A DNA stretch of 64,000 bases from the human T2T-CHM13v2.0 reference genome, Homo sapiens. Both the position numbers and the translations under genes were made by a program. Where the stretch lies: assembly GCF_009914755.1 (NCBI RefSeq), contig NC_060925.1; one strand, written 5' to 3'. Shown here in pieces: positions 38,271-52,172 of this stretch (within the stretch, counting starts at the first letter, position 1; the number at the start of each line of letters is the position of its first letter). The notes below the pieces were generated by a model. The model worked only from the letters and a program-made list of their open reading frames with translations. It was not told where the DNA came from and searched no databases.

Positions 38271-39927
38271 ATAATATTTTATGAATTATTGGATTTGATT
38301 CCTTGGTGAAAGACATGAGAGGAACATAAGAGCCCTTTTCTGCCTGCTAAATGTGTCCTTATCTTTCTCTCCAGGAGCCCCAAGAAATAGATTCCATTCC
38401 AGGCTCCTCTCTGCTTTCTTCTCTGACTCAGCCCTGTCTTCTGCTTCAGTAATTGAACAGGAGGAGTTATAACTCGCTGGGAACCTCTGGTCTAGGCAGC
38501 TGCTCCTCCGAACTACTCTTAGAGGACAGATCCCACCCCAGAGAAATCATCTTCAGAGGGACCACTCTAAGTTTACTCCTTGAAATTAATTCTATCAACA
38601 TAAATTCAGTGTTTTCAAAAGGAGTAGGAACTTAGAATATAAGTATTTTATTGTAATATAATTTTACAGCATTTACTATTTCCTATATAAACATGGTAAA
38701 AAAAAAAAAAACTAATAATATAACTAATCAAAATGTCACAATTCCCCAGTACCCTAGAAAGCCAGTTGGTAGCAGAGAGTGTCCTGCCATTAGTTCACTT
38801 ATACAGGTGACTACTTATTTTCATATTAAACAGAGAAGTTAGCATACTTAATGCTGTAGGGCACACTAAAGGCAAGATCACAAGTTTAGTGCATTATGGT
38901 TCCAAAGCATTGCAAAGTAACTTTCAAATTGCAAGTTTCTCTAAAAACAAAAGTGAGTTTATTAAACTTCTACTTGTGATGAGACTATAAGGAAAAAATA
39001 AATTGCTCTAATTTCCCTCTGAATAGGAAAAACTAATTTTATGTAAGGAACATTCCGTGGACTTTTATTTAACCACACACACATTTGACTGAGTGTGTCT
39101 GAAGTACTTCAGCACCTCTTGGTATGTCATCATTCTGAACTCGTTTAGAATTCAGTGAACCATCACAGAGCATAACATATTCATTTGGTAACCACTTGGA
39201 TGTCACACTCATTTCTATAGGTATTCAATTGTAATTCAACATTACTGGGCACTCAGGAAAAGCGTTAGCCTTAATTTCTTTACTTGCCCCACTGTTAGAA
39301 TTCATCCTCTGCATATAAATCAGCACATTTGCATGTACAATTTATTCTTGATCTGAGCTTTATATTTTAAAGAATCTCTTTTTCCTTATTATCACGTTTA
39401 AATGCAAATTGTTTGATACACTGCTAGTCTATTACAGTTGTGAACAAACTTATAAAGCAAGAGATTCCATAGGTTCAAAATCGCTGCAAAAGTTAGCTGA
39501 CTTTGCCTTGTTTTTTTTTATTTTTTTAAAAAGTCCATTGTGCCTAAATAATATAACATATTCTTGCCATTTTTGTTCCCCAGCTAAATTCAACCAGATC
39601 ATGTTAAAATATAAATATCTATGGAAAATCAGTCTTAAATTTTGGGAATTATGAGGAATGTCATCCCTCATGTAGAATGTGGCCTCTATATTTTAGTGAT
39701 AAAAGTTAAGCAATAATACAGGGGTTCATATAATGGTCTTGGAAGTGGATAGAATGCCTCTGCTCTCTGATTCTCAGGGGTTTTACTGCAAGTACGAGAC
39801 CTAAAAAGTAGGAGTAAAAATGACGTGACTGGAAATGTTCCAGTTCTAAATATAAATATAGAGATAGAGATATTAACCAAAAGTATAACAATTATAACCT
39901 GTTGAGCTAAATCCACAGGGTCATGGC

Positions 39928-39968
39928 AGATAGATAGATAGATAGATAGACAGACAGATAGATAGATA
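39928..39968. repeat. (GATA)n/(GACA)n tetranucleotide repeat
   Basis: Directly visible. Confidence 0.95.
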
Positions 39969-40649
39969 TAAACACACATAATATGTGTTTGTGATAAAAA
40001 TTTTCCATTATTAAAAATCATAACTACTTAAGCTAAACTACAAAATACATAAAATATATATGTAAATATAAATGTGAGTGTATTATACAGTGATACCTAA
40101 AGAGTAAAATTATTAACTTTTGGTCATGGAACAATATTATTTTTAATTATAACATAACTAGCTATAACTAAGATCTAAAATATTTCAAAAGTAAGATCTC
40201 ATATAGCACTCCAATACTTCATTAAAGATGTAAGATGATGTTAAAACCCCATTTTATAGAATACAAAGTAAAATGGAGGTTGATTTTTGGATTTGTAATA
40301 TATTGAGTTCATCATGAATATGAAAGGGCTGAATCTCACTCCATATTTTTCTATTGGTTTTAAATTGCTTAGCTGTCTTCAAATCTCAAAGCCAATAGAT
40401 TGTGTACTGAGAAAACAAGATTAAAGGCAGTAAATCATTGCTAAATTAATTTATTCATATTTCTTGTTAGCCTTTTAAAAGCTGAATAGTAAATGAATGA
40501 ATAAATGAATTGTAAACAAAGAGATGCATAGACCTAGTTTTAGATTCTGGCAGAGATATCAAGACATATTTATAAATACCCACAGTGTCCTGGGTAGATT
40601 CTTTGCTATTCCCTGTGAGGAAACTCCACCTTCCATTAACTATCCCCTA

Positions 40650-40810
40650 CATTTTATTTTATTTTGTTATTTTATTATCGTAACTCAACATAAGATCTAC
40701 CTTCCTAAATGTTTAAGTGTTGAATACATTATTCTTGACTATATTACAACATTATATAGCATATCTCAAGAGCTTCTTCATCTTGCTTGACTAAAACTTT
40801 ATATTCATTT
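40650..40810 (-). mobile_element. L1M 3' end fragment
   Basis: aacataagatctacc...ttatatagcatatctcaagagcttcttcatcttgc. Confidence 0.7.
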
Positions 40811-41169
40811 CTGACCCTGAGCTTAAAACTGATAAGCTCTACTTTCCTAACAGCACTAAAAAGAACTTAACTGAAAAATAACTGAAGTAACATATTGTCT
40901 CCTTTAAACAGTGTGCCAGTCAAGTAATATAGGAAATAAATGTTGATTTTTATTGTGTATAATTATGCCAGCTGAGATGTGTGTATGTGTGTACACATAA
41001 AGAAAATTTGATTTAAGAGAAGTATCAAGAGAGGGCTTTTAAAGAATCATAGTTTCCTTTTTCCACAGTCTCTACTTTCCCATATGTTGTTCTTATTTTT
41101 AATTCCTTAGGGTTATAAATCTGCCAAATGCTATGTAGTTAACACAAGCTCACATCATGGAATATGTTG

Positions 41170-41790
41170 TGTTGTAGGGGCAGAAAGGTGTGATACCTTT
41201 CCTTACCCATCATAGGGGTCACAGCTGACACTCCTGTAAGAAAAGATGGATTAACAAGAGAAAAGAATAACAAATGTATTTATTCAAAATGTTTTCTCGA
41301 AGCAGAAGCCTTCTGAAATGAAGACCCAAAGACTGAAGGAAAAATGTGTATTTTTACTCTTAGGTTTGATGAAGAATGGACTGTGCAAATATGATTGTAC
41401 AAAAGGGTATGAGCTAAAGGAATAGACTGAGGCAGAAAACCCAGCAAAGCCTTCTGTTCAGATTCTTCTTGGCCTCTTTGTGTGGCATTTCTTGCTCCCG
41501 GGTATAAGGCAAGACCCTTCTGGAATGAGGGTCTTATAATCTACCAGCAAACAAGGTAGGTCAGATAATTTCTTTACGACCAGCTCCTACACAGAAAGAT
41601 GGAGGAAGGAGACAGTAATATTTCCAGTTTCTATGGCCTTCCTTGGGGAAGGAAGGGGAGCAGGGGAAAGAAAGGCAAGAAAGAATCAGGAAGAGACTTC
41701 ACTTCTGAGGCCCTTCCAATGTCCTTCAGCTCAAAGTCCTCATCAGGCCAAAGCATCATACTTTGGGGTATTGTTTTCAGAGTCCTAACA
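41170..41790 (-). mobile_element. ERV1 MER4-group solo LTR (MER31/MER67-like, family uncertain)
   Basis: Reverse complement starts tgttaggactctgaaaacaataccccaaagtatg. Confidence 0.6.
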
Positions 41791-43284
41791 ATACAAAAGA
41801 AAATTTTATTTAAAAGAAGCATTTTCCTATCTCAAAAATTGTAATTAGAGGTATTCATGATTCTGCAATGCAGTTTTGTATTTAGAATATTTCCTGAGAA
41901 ATACTATCAATCAGTATTTTTAAGTAAGAAATATAAGATGTTTCAGTAAGTTTTTGTCATTAAAAAGAACCTAGATTTTGTTATATTTAAAGTGTCCTGA
42001 ATGACTAAATAATGTCTACTATATAAAATGAAACATTCTTTCTTATCATTCCAGAATGATTTTTCTTTGACCTTGAGATGATAGTCATACTATACTAAAA
42101 TTCTGGACCTTACCAAATATAATGCTGTTTATCTTACCATGCTATAATATTGACAGCTACTAAAATTTCCCACCAGGTGATGGTGAAACAGTATTTCTAG
42201 CAAATAGATATTAACCCCTTGCCTAATGAGATTAATTTGTTTCCCGGTGAGTTGGAGATATGTCTGTAACAATTTCCATTCAGAGGATATCTGCCTTATC
42301 AGAGATGGCAGACAAACATTTAATAACCCCCTCATCTCTCTTCCTTTTTCCTGACCTGTTTCCTAAGAGGACAAGCCCGGTTGCTGAGCAACAGACTACT
42401 CTGGAAAAGCTGTAGCGCTCCACCTTCCTTTGCTAGTAAAAAGCAGGCAGATGAAAGCAAACCTAAGGTTTGGACACCAGGAAGGAGTATGAGCTAAGCC
42501 ACTTTTTCGAGGCTGGGACAGCATTGCAGTCAATCTTGGAGTTTGTCAGCCAAATAATTGCACAGTTGCAGAATATTAGACACTTTTGTAATAACAGTTA
42601 CTAAATCAGAGTGAACTGAACGTTTTAGAAGAACTAAAATTAACTAGCCTAAGTCTCAGAACATTTAATGAATCAAAAAACTATTGTTTAGTCCTAAGGC
42701 AATAACTTTTGTATTCTCATGTGGCTTACACTGAGAAGCATGGCAATATCTAATTTACTTGTTTTTATCTCTCTGTCTATCTCTCTATCTATCTATCCAC
42801 CTATACATTTATTCATTTATGTTGAGGGGATTTGGGTTTATTTATAAGCACACATATTCTATCAGAAGGTTATTTATTAGATTTTCCCTGACTTCGATTG
42901 TGCTGTCCTGTAGTTTATATAATTGATTTTAAATTGAAAATTCACCTAGTTTTTCAGGAATTAAGACATTTCCTGTTGCTTTCTGTGAACAAAAGAATAG
43001 TCCTGTTTACATACCCCTAAATTGTTTATAATTTTAGCATCACTTCATCATTGGAAGTGAGTTCCCAATTTTTACTTTTTTGATAAAGTTGCTGCTCTAC
43101 CCAAACTTTTCAACAAATCAACAGGATTTAATTAAAAATTAACAAGATTCAGTTAACATGTCCTTGCTGTATTTTGGAACTTAAATGAGACAAGATTTCA
43201 CTAAAGATAGCTTAGTCTCCATTGAAAGTAAAAGATACAGGAGAGCCATGCCAAAGTGCTGTATTAAAGTAACTGAAAGAATGA

Positions 43285-43670
43285 ATTCTTTCCACCAATA
43301 TTTACTGAGGTGTGAAGCATCTCTCTGAGTCACTGAAATCAACCATGGCTGAAACTGGCATAGTCTTGCCTTCATGGGGCTTATAGTCTAGTAAACATGA
43401 TAGACATTTTCAAAAAATTATCATGTGCCTATTTTTCTTCCCGCAGTATCCGGATGCTGAGGATACAACAGTAAACTAACAGGCATAACCTTTGCTTTGG
43501 GGAGACTACAGTTTCAGCTGGAAGAGGCAAATAATGAACCAAGGCTCACTTGTATGTTGGTCGGTTTGACCTGCACCATGAAAATCAATAAATAAAGCAG
43601 CCTAAGGTGGTAGAGAATTAAAGATGACAGTGCAGGCAGAGGTAAGAGACATTATCAAGGGACTGGTTTT
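43285..43670. mobile_element. L2 fragments
   Basis: caatatttactgagg...gccttcatggggcttatagtctagt; ggatacaacagtaaac. Confidence 0.55.
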
Positions 43671-43684
43671 AGAAAGGTCATTTT

Positions 43685-44070
43685 AGAGTTTGACTCCATT
43701 TTTGGTGTTTGACCTCAGACAGCTTTAGATCCCATCTCTTCCATTTTTTCTCTTGCTCCGTTATCTGGGCAGACCATAAGAAAGCCAGGTGGGTTCCCTC
43801 CTTTAGTGACAGTAGAAAGTTCCAACTATGTAAGGCCCCACTTAACCTGGGAAACTTCACCTCGCCTACCCTCAAAGTACAATAAAAATAAAAAATCCTG
43901 GCCTGTCCCTTCTCTCAGGCCAGCTTTGGAGCCTGTGCTGCCTTCACCAGAAATCCTCCTTAGGAAAGTAGCACAGCTCTACATACCTTCATAGTGTGTG
44001 TGTGGTGTCATTAGTCTCAACATCCAGACCAAATTTGGTATTGGGGTTCATCCCACCTTCCATGGGATAA
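43685..44070 (+). mobile_element. ERVL LTR (MER54/MER73/MER74-like)
   Basis: gactccatttttggtgtttgac...ctgggcagaccataagaaagcc...ccctccttt. Confidence 0.5.
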
Positions 44071-47000
44071 TAGTGGAATAGCTACTTGGATTTTTCCTTT
44101 AGCTGTAGGAATTTTTAACATTCAGAGAATGTGATCAATGTATATGAACAAATCCAGTCACTAACTATTTAACAATTACTAGTTAGGCTTTTTAGTAGTT
44201 ACCAATACATTAGCATTAAACAAACAAACTTAAGACACAGAAAGGTCTAGAATTTCAGCTACACAGAAAGATCTAGAATTTCAGCTAAGACAGTTAATAT
44301 GTCGTGCACTCTACCTGCACGCTTCACATTTGTTGTGCTAATTACTTATGTCACTTTGAAATTTTCATAAAATAAGAATTAGTAAATAAATAATTATATT
44401 AGCTAACTCAAACAAAACATTTATATAGAATACTCATCTCAGTGACAAGAGATCCCTGAGAAGAGAGAACAAAATTGCAAATATGAAATATTCCAGACAC
44501 AAAACATTTCAGACAAGTGCCTAGTGTTCATATTTTGTTTCTCGAAAATTTTCTCTTGTGAATTTTTAATTCTTCTGCTATATCAACAAGAAAGCATAAT
44601 GTAGGTGTTAATCTATATTTAGCATCTCTCTATAAGGTGTGTGAATCTCCACATTAACAAGGAAGGCATTCTCTCCAATCCACTTGGTAGTTAAGAGTGG
44701 CATGCAGGAGTGACAGGACTGACATTCCGGGGAGAAGATGGGCGAAAGAGAATACAAGAGATGATGAGCAGGGGACCCAGAAGGCAGCAGCGACTCCAGG
44801 AACAGGTGACAGTTATATATCCAGGGTACACTATTAGGTGAACAGCAAATATTTGAAACCTCAAGTTCTGAATCTAAAAATCAAGGGTATTTCCTGAATA
44901 ATAGCACATTATATAAAACAAATTGACCTCTTTATCTATAGATGCTGTAAATTGCAGCTATTTCAATAGAAGACACATGGGGTGTGATAGTTTGCTCTGA
45001 GGCGGGCATTTCATGCATTTTTTAAAAGTGAAACCAAAGTTCTAAAATAAGAACAGTAATAGGAAAGAAATGTAGCAGAGCCAGTGGGAATTCTTCATGA
45101 TCCCACATGTAATTGAACAGCATGAATACAAAACCAATTGCATATTAGCTGTCCTGACATGACTGTCTGGGCACCTTTCAAAACAAAATGAATATTTCCT
45201 ATTATTATTTTCCCTTTTATCACCAATTTTGTTCTGATTTAACACTCTCACAGTACTTTTTAGGCATCTTAACTGAACCCAGAGTTTTCTTAACTTCAAA
45301 GCAAGCACTGAGCATTACAAGTTCTAAAGAGGTATGAATATTGAAAAGAATTATGTCCCAAACCATAATTACTTAATGTATGATAATTGTAAAAACAGGA
45401 TTTCACCAGGCTCTCTTGCCTGATTTTACTTGATAAGGGTGAACTTACTAGATTTTTTTCATAATCATGAGTAAAAAGTAACCCCCAAATTACATTAATT
45501 CCAAAATAGTCTTAAAGAATCTAAAAATAGAATAGGCTTTGGGGTTTTATTTTAACTTGTCACCTGAGGGTAAGAAAATGGATCAGATTATTAACTCAGA
45601 ATTTCTTATTTGAACTAAAAAACTATGTTCCTATACCACTTTAAACCTTATTAATTTTGTTTTTTTTAATTTTATCTAAACAGAAAAAAATGAAGCACAG
45701 TAAAAACATTTACACATTGTTATCACATCAAGAAAAAACTATAGGATATACTTCCCTCTCCTTATCAGACTTGTTCACATAGTTTGAAGTGCAAAGCAAT
45801 TACAGTCTAAATTCCATGTTGACATTATAGGAATTATCCCTCTCTCCATAGTGAAGCCTCTAAGGTGCTTTTGTCTTAAGGTTGCTTTTTTTAACTTGGA
45901 AAATCCTGATGTAGGCTCTCATTTTTACAATGTCTTTTTCATGAAATGTAACTGAGGCTTTTAAGAAAATAATTAACATTTTATGTTGCAACTTTAATAT
46001 ATCACTTCATTTTGACCTCAATAAATAACTTAAATTATTTTGCTTTCTTCCTTTTATGTAAATATTATTTTCAATATTATAGAGTCCAATTCTTTTTTTA
46101 AGAGGAAGAATTGGTATATTTCATTAAAATTACAGACTTAAATAGTCAGGGTTGGTATCTAATGCAGTCGGTGTTCAGCTAGAACAAAGAGAGACATTGA
46201 ATATAATTCTTGCTTGAGCATGGCATTCGAGGCTCTTAAGACTCAAATCCTTGTTCCTCATGTCCTTTCTTCTTTCAATCGTGACATCATCTTAGGTCCC
46301 TATAGTGTTCACGTCTACAGCTCTTCAACATCTCTCATCATCTTGGTTACTTGTTTCCAGACAACTTCACTTCCTTTCTACTTATTCACCCTTTTCCATG
46401 ACCACACCCTCGACTTCATCATAACCTAACAGTTCTTCCTAAGAAATAATAAACTACTCTACAGCTTCCTATCCTTCAGAATCCCTCATTCCGTTACTTC
46501 AACCACACACGTGTTTTGTTTGTTGGTTTTGTTTGTTTGTTTGTTCTTTGTTTGTCTGTTTCTTTTCCCTTCAGAGGAACCTCTGGTTTTTTTTGACCCA
46601 TCTGCTATAGAGCCTGATTCTTAGGCTACATACTCTCTCGAAAAATTCAGGGTGAAAATTTCCCCCTTTAACATTGGGTAAATAAAAATGTGACTGAGAA
46701 AACAAAATTAGACCAGTACTATCAGAGTTAAGAGTGGAAATTAACTTCATGGCAGTGTTCAGTGCAGCTCACCAGTTCTTGGGTTCCTCTCCCCTTCTGA
46801 ACACCTGGGTCATCAATAAACATTGACCTAATTATCATGAAATTCTTCATATCTCTAAAGACATACATATACATATTTATATTAAACTATTAATAAAATA
46901 TAAGATATTTTGATAACTATTATTATAACTTCTACTACTATTATAAATTTTATCACTTGTCTATTATTTTACAAATTAAATGAGCTTTGGTTTGTTTGTA

Positions 47001-48097
47001 TAAGACTATCAGAACAGAGTTTCTTTTCAGATAGAAAGCCTTCACAGTATCTACACAATCCAAATATCCTCACACTGTGGGCTTCTATTTATTTTACAAT
47101 GACCATTTGAAGAAATTATATACACTAAATTTTAACTAATTGAAAGATTATGCACCAATGAGACACACAAACAGGTATGATGCCATAACTAATACACAGG
47201 TTAACATCTCTGTCCGAACAAAAACTGTTTCATGAGAATAGTAATTAATAAAGTATGGAAACCCAGTCAATGTGAGTTTATCGCGATATGAGATCAAGAA
47301 TTAAATCCCGCTCCCTGATAATATTTAGTATGCCAAATTTCTATAAACTGCCTTCACCTCACATTTCCTTATAATATTCTAAGAGTAAAGTGAGATTTTA
47401 ATTAAATAAAGCTGCAATGCTTGCAAATAATTTAACATTTTTACAGTTTTCTTGAATAAGACTAAGTATGCTACTATTATGGTTGACTAAGTAGAATGCA
47501 GAAGAAAACATTGTGTAATCATAACTGTGAGAATATGAAGATCAAAAGGCTTTTCTCATCATGACAAAAAAATTCTCAAGTAGAAATTCAGAATAGTAAC
47601 TTTTAGACTTTCTCTTTCTTTTCATGAGCTAAAGAATGGAAACAACAAATCTGGAAGAAAATAAAACTTACTAGCAGCTATGAGTGTAAGACTTTTTATT
47701 GTGTGTGAGCACAGGGCATCCATGATAAAAGTAGTTGTCTTTCAGCCATAATCATATTCAACATCTGATATATATTAAATAATTATTTTAAACTAATTTT
47801 GTAAATTGAAATAGAAAAATAACATCCCAATTCATCATATGTTTTATTCCATTCCTATGGTATTTTAAACAACTATATTACTGGCTTTAGTACTTCATAG
47901 TTTAGCATTTCTTCATTTAAATTTATGTAATAGAAAAATATATCATCTATCAATATATCCAACTTTAACAAATCATACCCATTCATCCTCTGGCACTCCA
48001 AAACTTTTAATACTTGCATGTGCAAAAAAATGATGTCATATCTCTAATGGAATAATATATGTCTACCCACTTTTAAGTTAATTTTTATTTTGCCCTC

Positions 48098-48099
<2 letters not shown>

Positions 48100-48148
<49 letters not shown>
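48100..48148. repeat. (CA)n microsatellite, ~24 units
   Basis: Directly visible. Confidence 0.97.
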
Positions 48149-48151
<3 letters not shown>

Positions 48152-51100
48152 CCCCACATAAATACACAAAGTAGTATGTCAGAAAAAAGCAACATTTTTA
48201 ATGTAAAAAGCTAGCAATGTTGTTAATGCCAAAGCTATTTTCCCAGACCATTTAGAATTCCTGCAGGACAGTTTTGACAGAGATTTAATCTTAATGACAT
48301 ACACAAAGTTGCTACTAAATAATTCATTTTCTAAAAGCAGAGGGAAAGAGAGAGCTAATGCATGACTCTACATCACTCCTTGGATCTTAAAGGGTCACAG
48401 ACAAACCATAACAACTTTCTAATCAAAAGTCAGGTGTTCATGTTCATATATGAATGGATTTGGTAACAATGTTTGAAGTTTTCTGAAAACTAAAGCATAT
48501 AGTTATAGATAATATCCATGTATAATAAATAAAGGTATATAAATTTGTCCAATTGTATATAGAAATATTAAAATGCATAAATACAATGAATAATTTTAAC
48601 AATATTCTGCTATTGAGACTATTTAGCTTATTATAAACACTAATATTTTAGTGGATTTTTTTCAATACTTAACAAAACTAATCATTTTTGCCCAATATTT
48701 ATTTCAATGATTTCTCCCTACATGTATTATAAAAATGTATTCTATTGAACTTAATTTTATTTATTGAAGAAACTTTTTCAAATGATCCAAACAAAAGCTA
48801 TCATATGTAGGCCCCTAGTGAATTTTATATTTATTTGCATTCTGGGGCCTTAAGAGCCACACTGTGGAAGGATATGATGTTCTCCTTGACAACTAGTCAC
48901 GGCTTCTGTAATAAGTTATATACGGCTCTTTGATTAAAGGCAAAAATCATTAACTCCTTTTGTTAAACTGTATTCTCTATGACTATTAACCTTTAGATTT
49001 ATGAAATTCTGTTGACTATATCAAGTAAAAGTTCATTTTTTATTGATAACATTTTAAATATGTGCATTTTTCTAGCATTTGATAATTTTTTGTAAAAAAA
49101 GTTATTTACTTCATTCATGACGTTAAGGAATTTATGTATCTAGATTTTATTTCTATCCAGTTTTTCTAATTTTCAGCATTTTGAGCCTGAAAGTTTATAC
49201 CTGTCTCTATGCATTGTATAGCCTTAAGAAAATTCTGAGTAAACTATTTATTGCTTTGTTTTCAAAAATTACACTAGCTCTTTTGGCTGCTGCATCACTG
49301 TGTACTAGTATCTTAGAATACCATCTCTGAATCAACAGTGCTTTTCTGGAGCTAACGTCAATAGCTATTAAATATTTAACTGCTTAAAAAATCTATAGTG
49401 TTTTACCATTTACCAAACATAAAACTAACCTGACACCATTTTAAACTGATGCAAATGATGGCATGTCTCCTTAATACAAAGTAAGTATGTCCTTGCCCTT
49501 TGTCTTCTAAGCCATTTTCCTGAGAAAATAACTATCTATGTTATACACATATAATAATTTGGACTCTAGTTCTTTGTAGAATCCCAAAGATACTTTTAAG
49601 GAATTCAAATAGATTATATAAAGTGAGTTTTTCACTTATATAACCTAAACTAGCATGATTTGCTATTGGAAGGGTAAAAACAATCCCATAATTTTTTTAT
49701 TTGTCATTTTGTTAAATATTTAGCATTTTTTCCTTCTGTTTATAAATGTTTACAGCTTATTAACTTGAGACTAAATCCCTTCTTATGTTGAATTAAATTA
49801 ATAATCAAACTTAAAATATGTCATTAAGCATTTTACATATAAACAACACATTTTATCTCATAAAACTTTAGGTTTCATCTTGAATTTCTTTAAATTTCTC
49901 TGATAGATGAAAACCAGTTTTGTTTATTTATCTATTTTGATTATGTTAGATAGACTTGAAAACTTCTTGTGAACTGGCCACACTGATCCAAATAAAAAAC
50001 ATTTTTTAAGAGAGGCTCTATCTACTGTGGGTGGAAAATGTTAATATATCCCAGGTCATTGTGGATGTAGATATGTTCTATTCTTTCCACAAAAATTTTA
50101 ACTGTATTCTCATTTCTAATTCCAGTTTATGTCAGTTATCAACATAATGAAGATTATCTCTCTCATCTCTAGATTTCTAAAGAAAAGAGTAATATAATCA
50201 AATTTAAGTATTACTCTTTCACAACATGACTGATTCCAGCGTCAATAATATATAACACAACACCTAGGATGACTTTAAACTACTACATAACCATCTCCCA
50301 ATTGTTTTTAATTCAAAATTCGACTGTTTTCTTAGATGAAAATGTTCCTTGCATTCCTTTTATGAGGAGTTTTCATCTAAGCATTCAGATTTTTTCATCT
50401 AAGCATTTCAGCTTCCTCCAACACAGCCTCTGTAATTAGTGGCTCTAGGCCAGAAAATGCATCCTGCACAGAAATCCCTCTGTTTCTGCTTGTTTCAGCC
50501 CACAGGTGCAAAAGCAACTAGCTTCTGATTTGAAATTGAATTTGACAAAACACTCTTTGAGACTGATACAAGAACGGGGCTACAGATAACAACGACACCT
50601 ATTGCAAAGGTCATATTCTAACCCTATTACTTATATTAAGTTTCTGCTGACTTCAATAATGTCATAAAAATGTAAGAAAGAGCAAAATTTGTCACTGACT
50701 TCCTAACAAGTTCCTAATGTCATATAGGAGATACGCTGTTTCTCACTGAACACCTGGAGTTCCAGGTTCCAAGTGATGATACTTTGTTTTTAATTTTCTA
50801 TTTATATAATGTCCATTTTCTTACAGTATTTTTCTCCAAACGAGTCTCATTTTAATCCACAGTGTCACAAGAGTATAGTCTCAAAAGCATGGTTATAAAA
50901 GATAAAGCTATCATACATCTATGTTAAGTGCTGAGAAAGTCAGAAGTAAAATCAACAACAACAAAAAAATGATGAAGTAGTTTCAGAAAATGTGTGAGCA
51001 GCAATGGAAATTACAGATCTTTTAATACCAGGTCTTCATTTTAGCTAAAAGAGAACATGGGTCCTGGGAAGAAAATGACAGATTGCTTCTTCATATCATT

Positions 51101-51488
51101 ATTTTACCAATCACATTTGATTTTATTATAATTATAAATTCCAAATAATTTACATGCTGTTGTGAAATTTAAAGTCCAAATTACTTATTTAAAAATATTA
51201 AGCCAAGCAAGATATTTATTACTTTATTAAAGATTGCCGCCATGATCACTTCTAAAAGTTCTGTGTAGAATATTTTTAACTTCCTCTTGTTTCTTCAGGC
51301 TTTTTGTTAAAATTCAAAAAACTAGGGGCAAAATGTTGGGCTTCGTTTTGTATTGACTTATTGAAGAATGAGTATCTCAGCCATATGTTCCCCCTCAAGC
51401 TTCTGTGTCAGAAAACTCCTAGAGTGTGCTGTACCCAGAAGACAGAATGGCAGGGTATCCTTTGGTCTCTAATTAGTTTCATGCCTAT

Positions 51489-52172
51489 CATTCCACCATT
51501 CAAACACAAATGAATTTGCAAACCTCAGTGGACATCTTTTGGAAAGGAAGACACTGGTTGACTTTTGATTGCTGCTTTAAAAAAATGTCCTGAGGAAATG
51601 TTGCATCTTTTATACCCGTACATTCTGGATCACATGGGAGAATAAGAGTTCCCAAATAGCTTGCAGGTATTATTTATTACATTTGCAGTGAGCAGAGCCT
51701 CTTGAAAATGCACACATCCCTGTAATATCAGTGCAACCACTGACAATATAAAATAAAATGAATACATGAATAATAAATAAAAAATCACAAATGCCTTCAC
51801 CTTTTCATGTAAATTATAATGAGTCTATAAAAATCTCACAATAAATTCAGATAATTAAGTATCAGAGTTTTAAAAATAAGGATGAATGCTATAGAGGATT
51901 ACTTCTAGAATAGCAAGGCTTATTTCAGATCAGCACCTGCAAGCGTTCATTGCTTACATCTAGGACTACCCTAATACAAAGAGACTTTGGGGTACTTGGT
52001 ATGTTTTCTCCCTAATTCAAAACTGAAACTTCCACTTCTAATAACCATTGAAAACTTAGGACATTCCTCAGGGCATTTTTTTAAAGCAGCAGTCAAAAGT
52101 CAACCAGTGTCTTCCTTTTCAAAAGATGTCCACTGAGGTGTGCAAATTCATTTGTGTTTGAATGGTGGAATG
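51489..52172. repeat. Long inverted repeat: arms 51489-51601 and 52061-52172, 459-bp spacer
   Basis: Manual reverse-complement alignment: 4 mismatches + 1 indel over ~113 bp. Confidence 0.95.
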
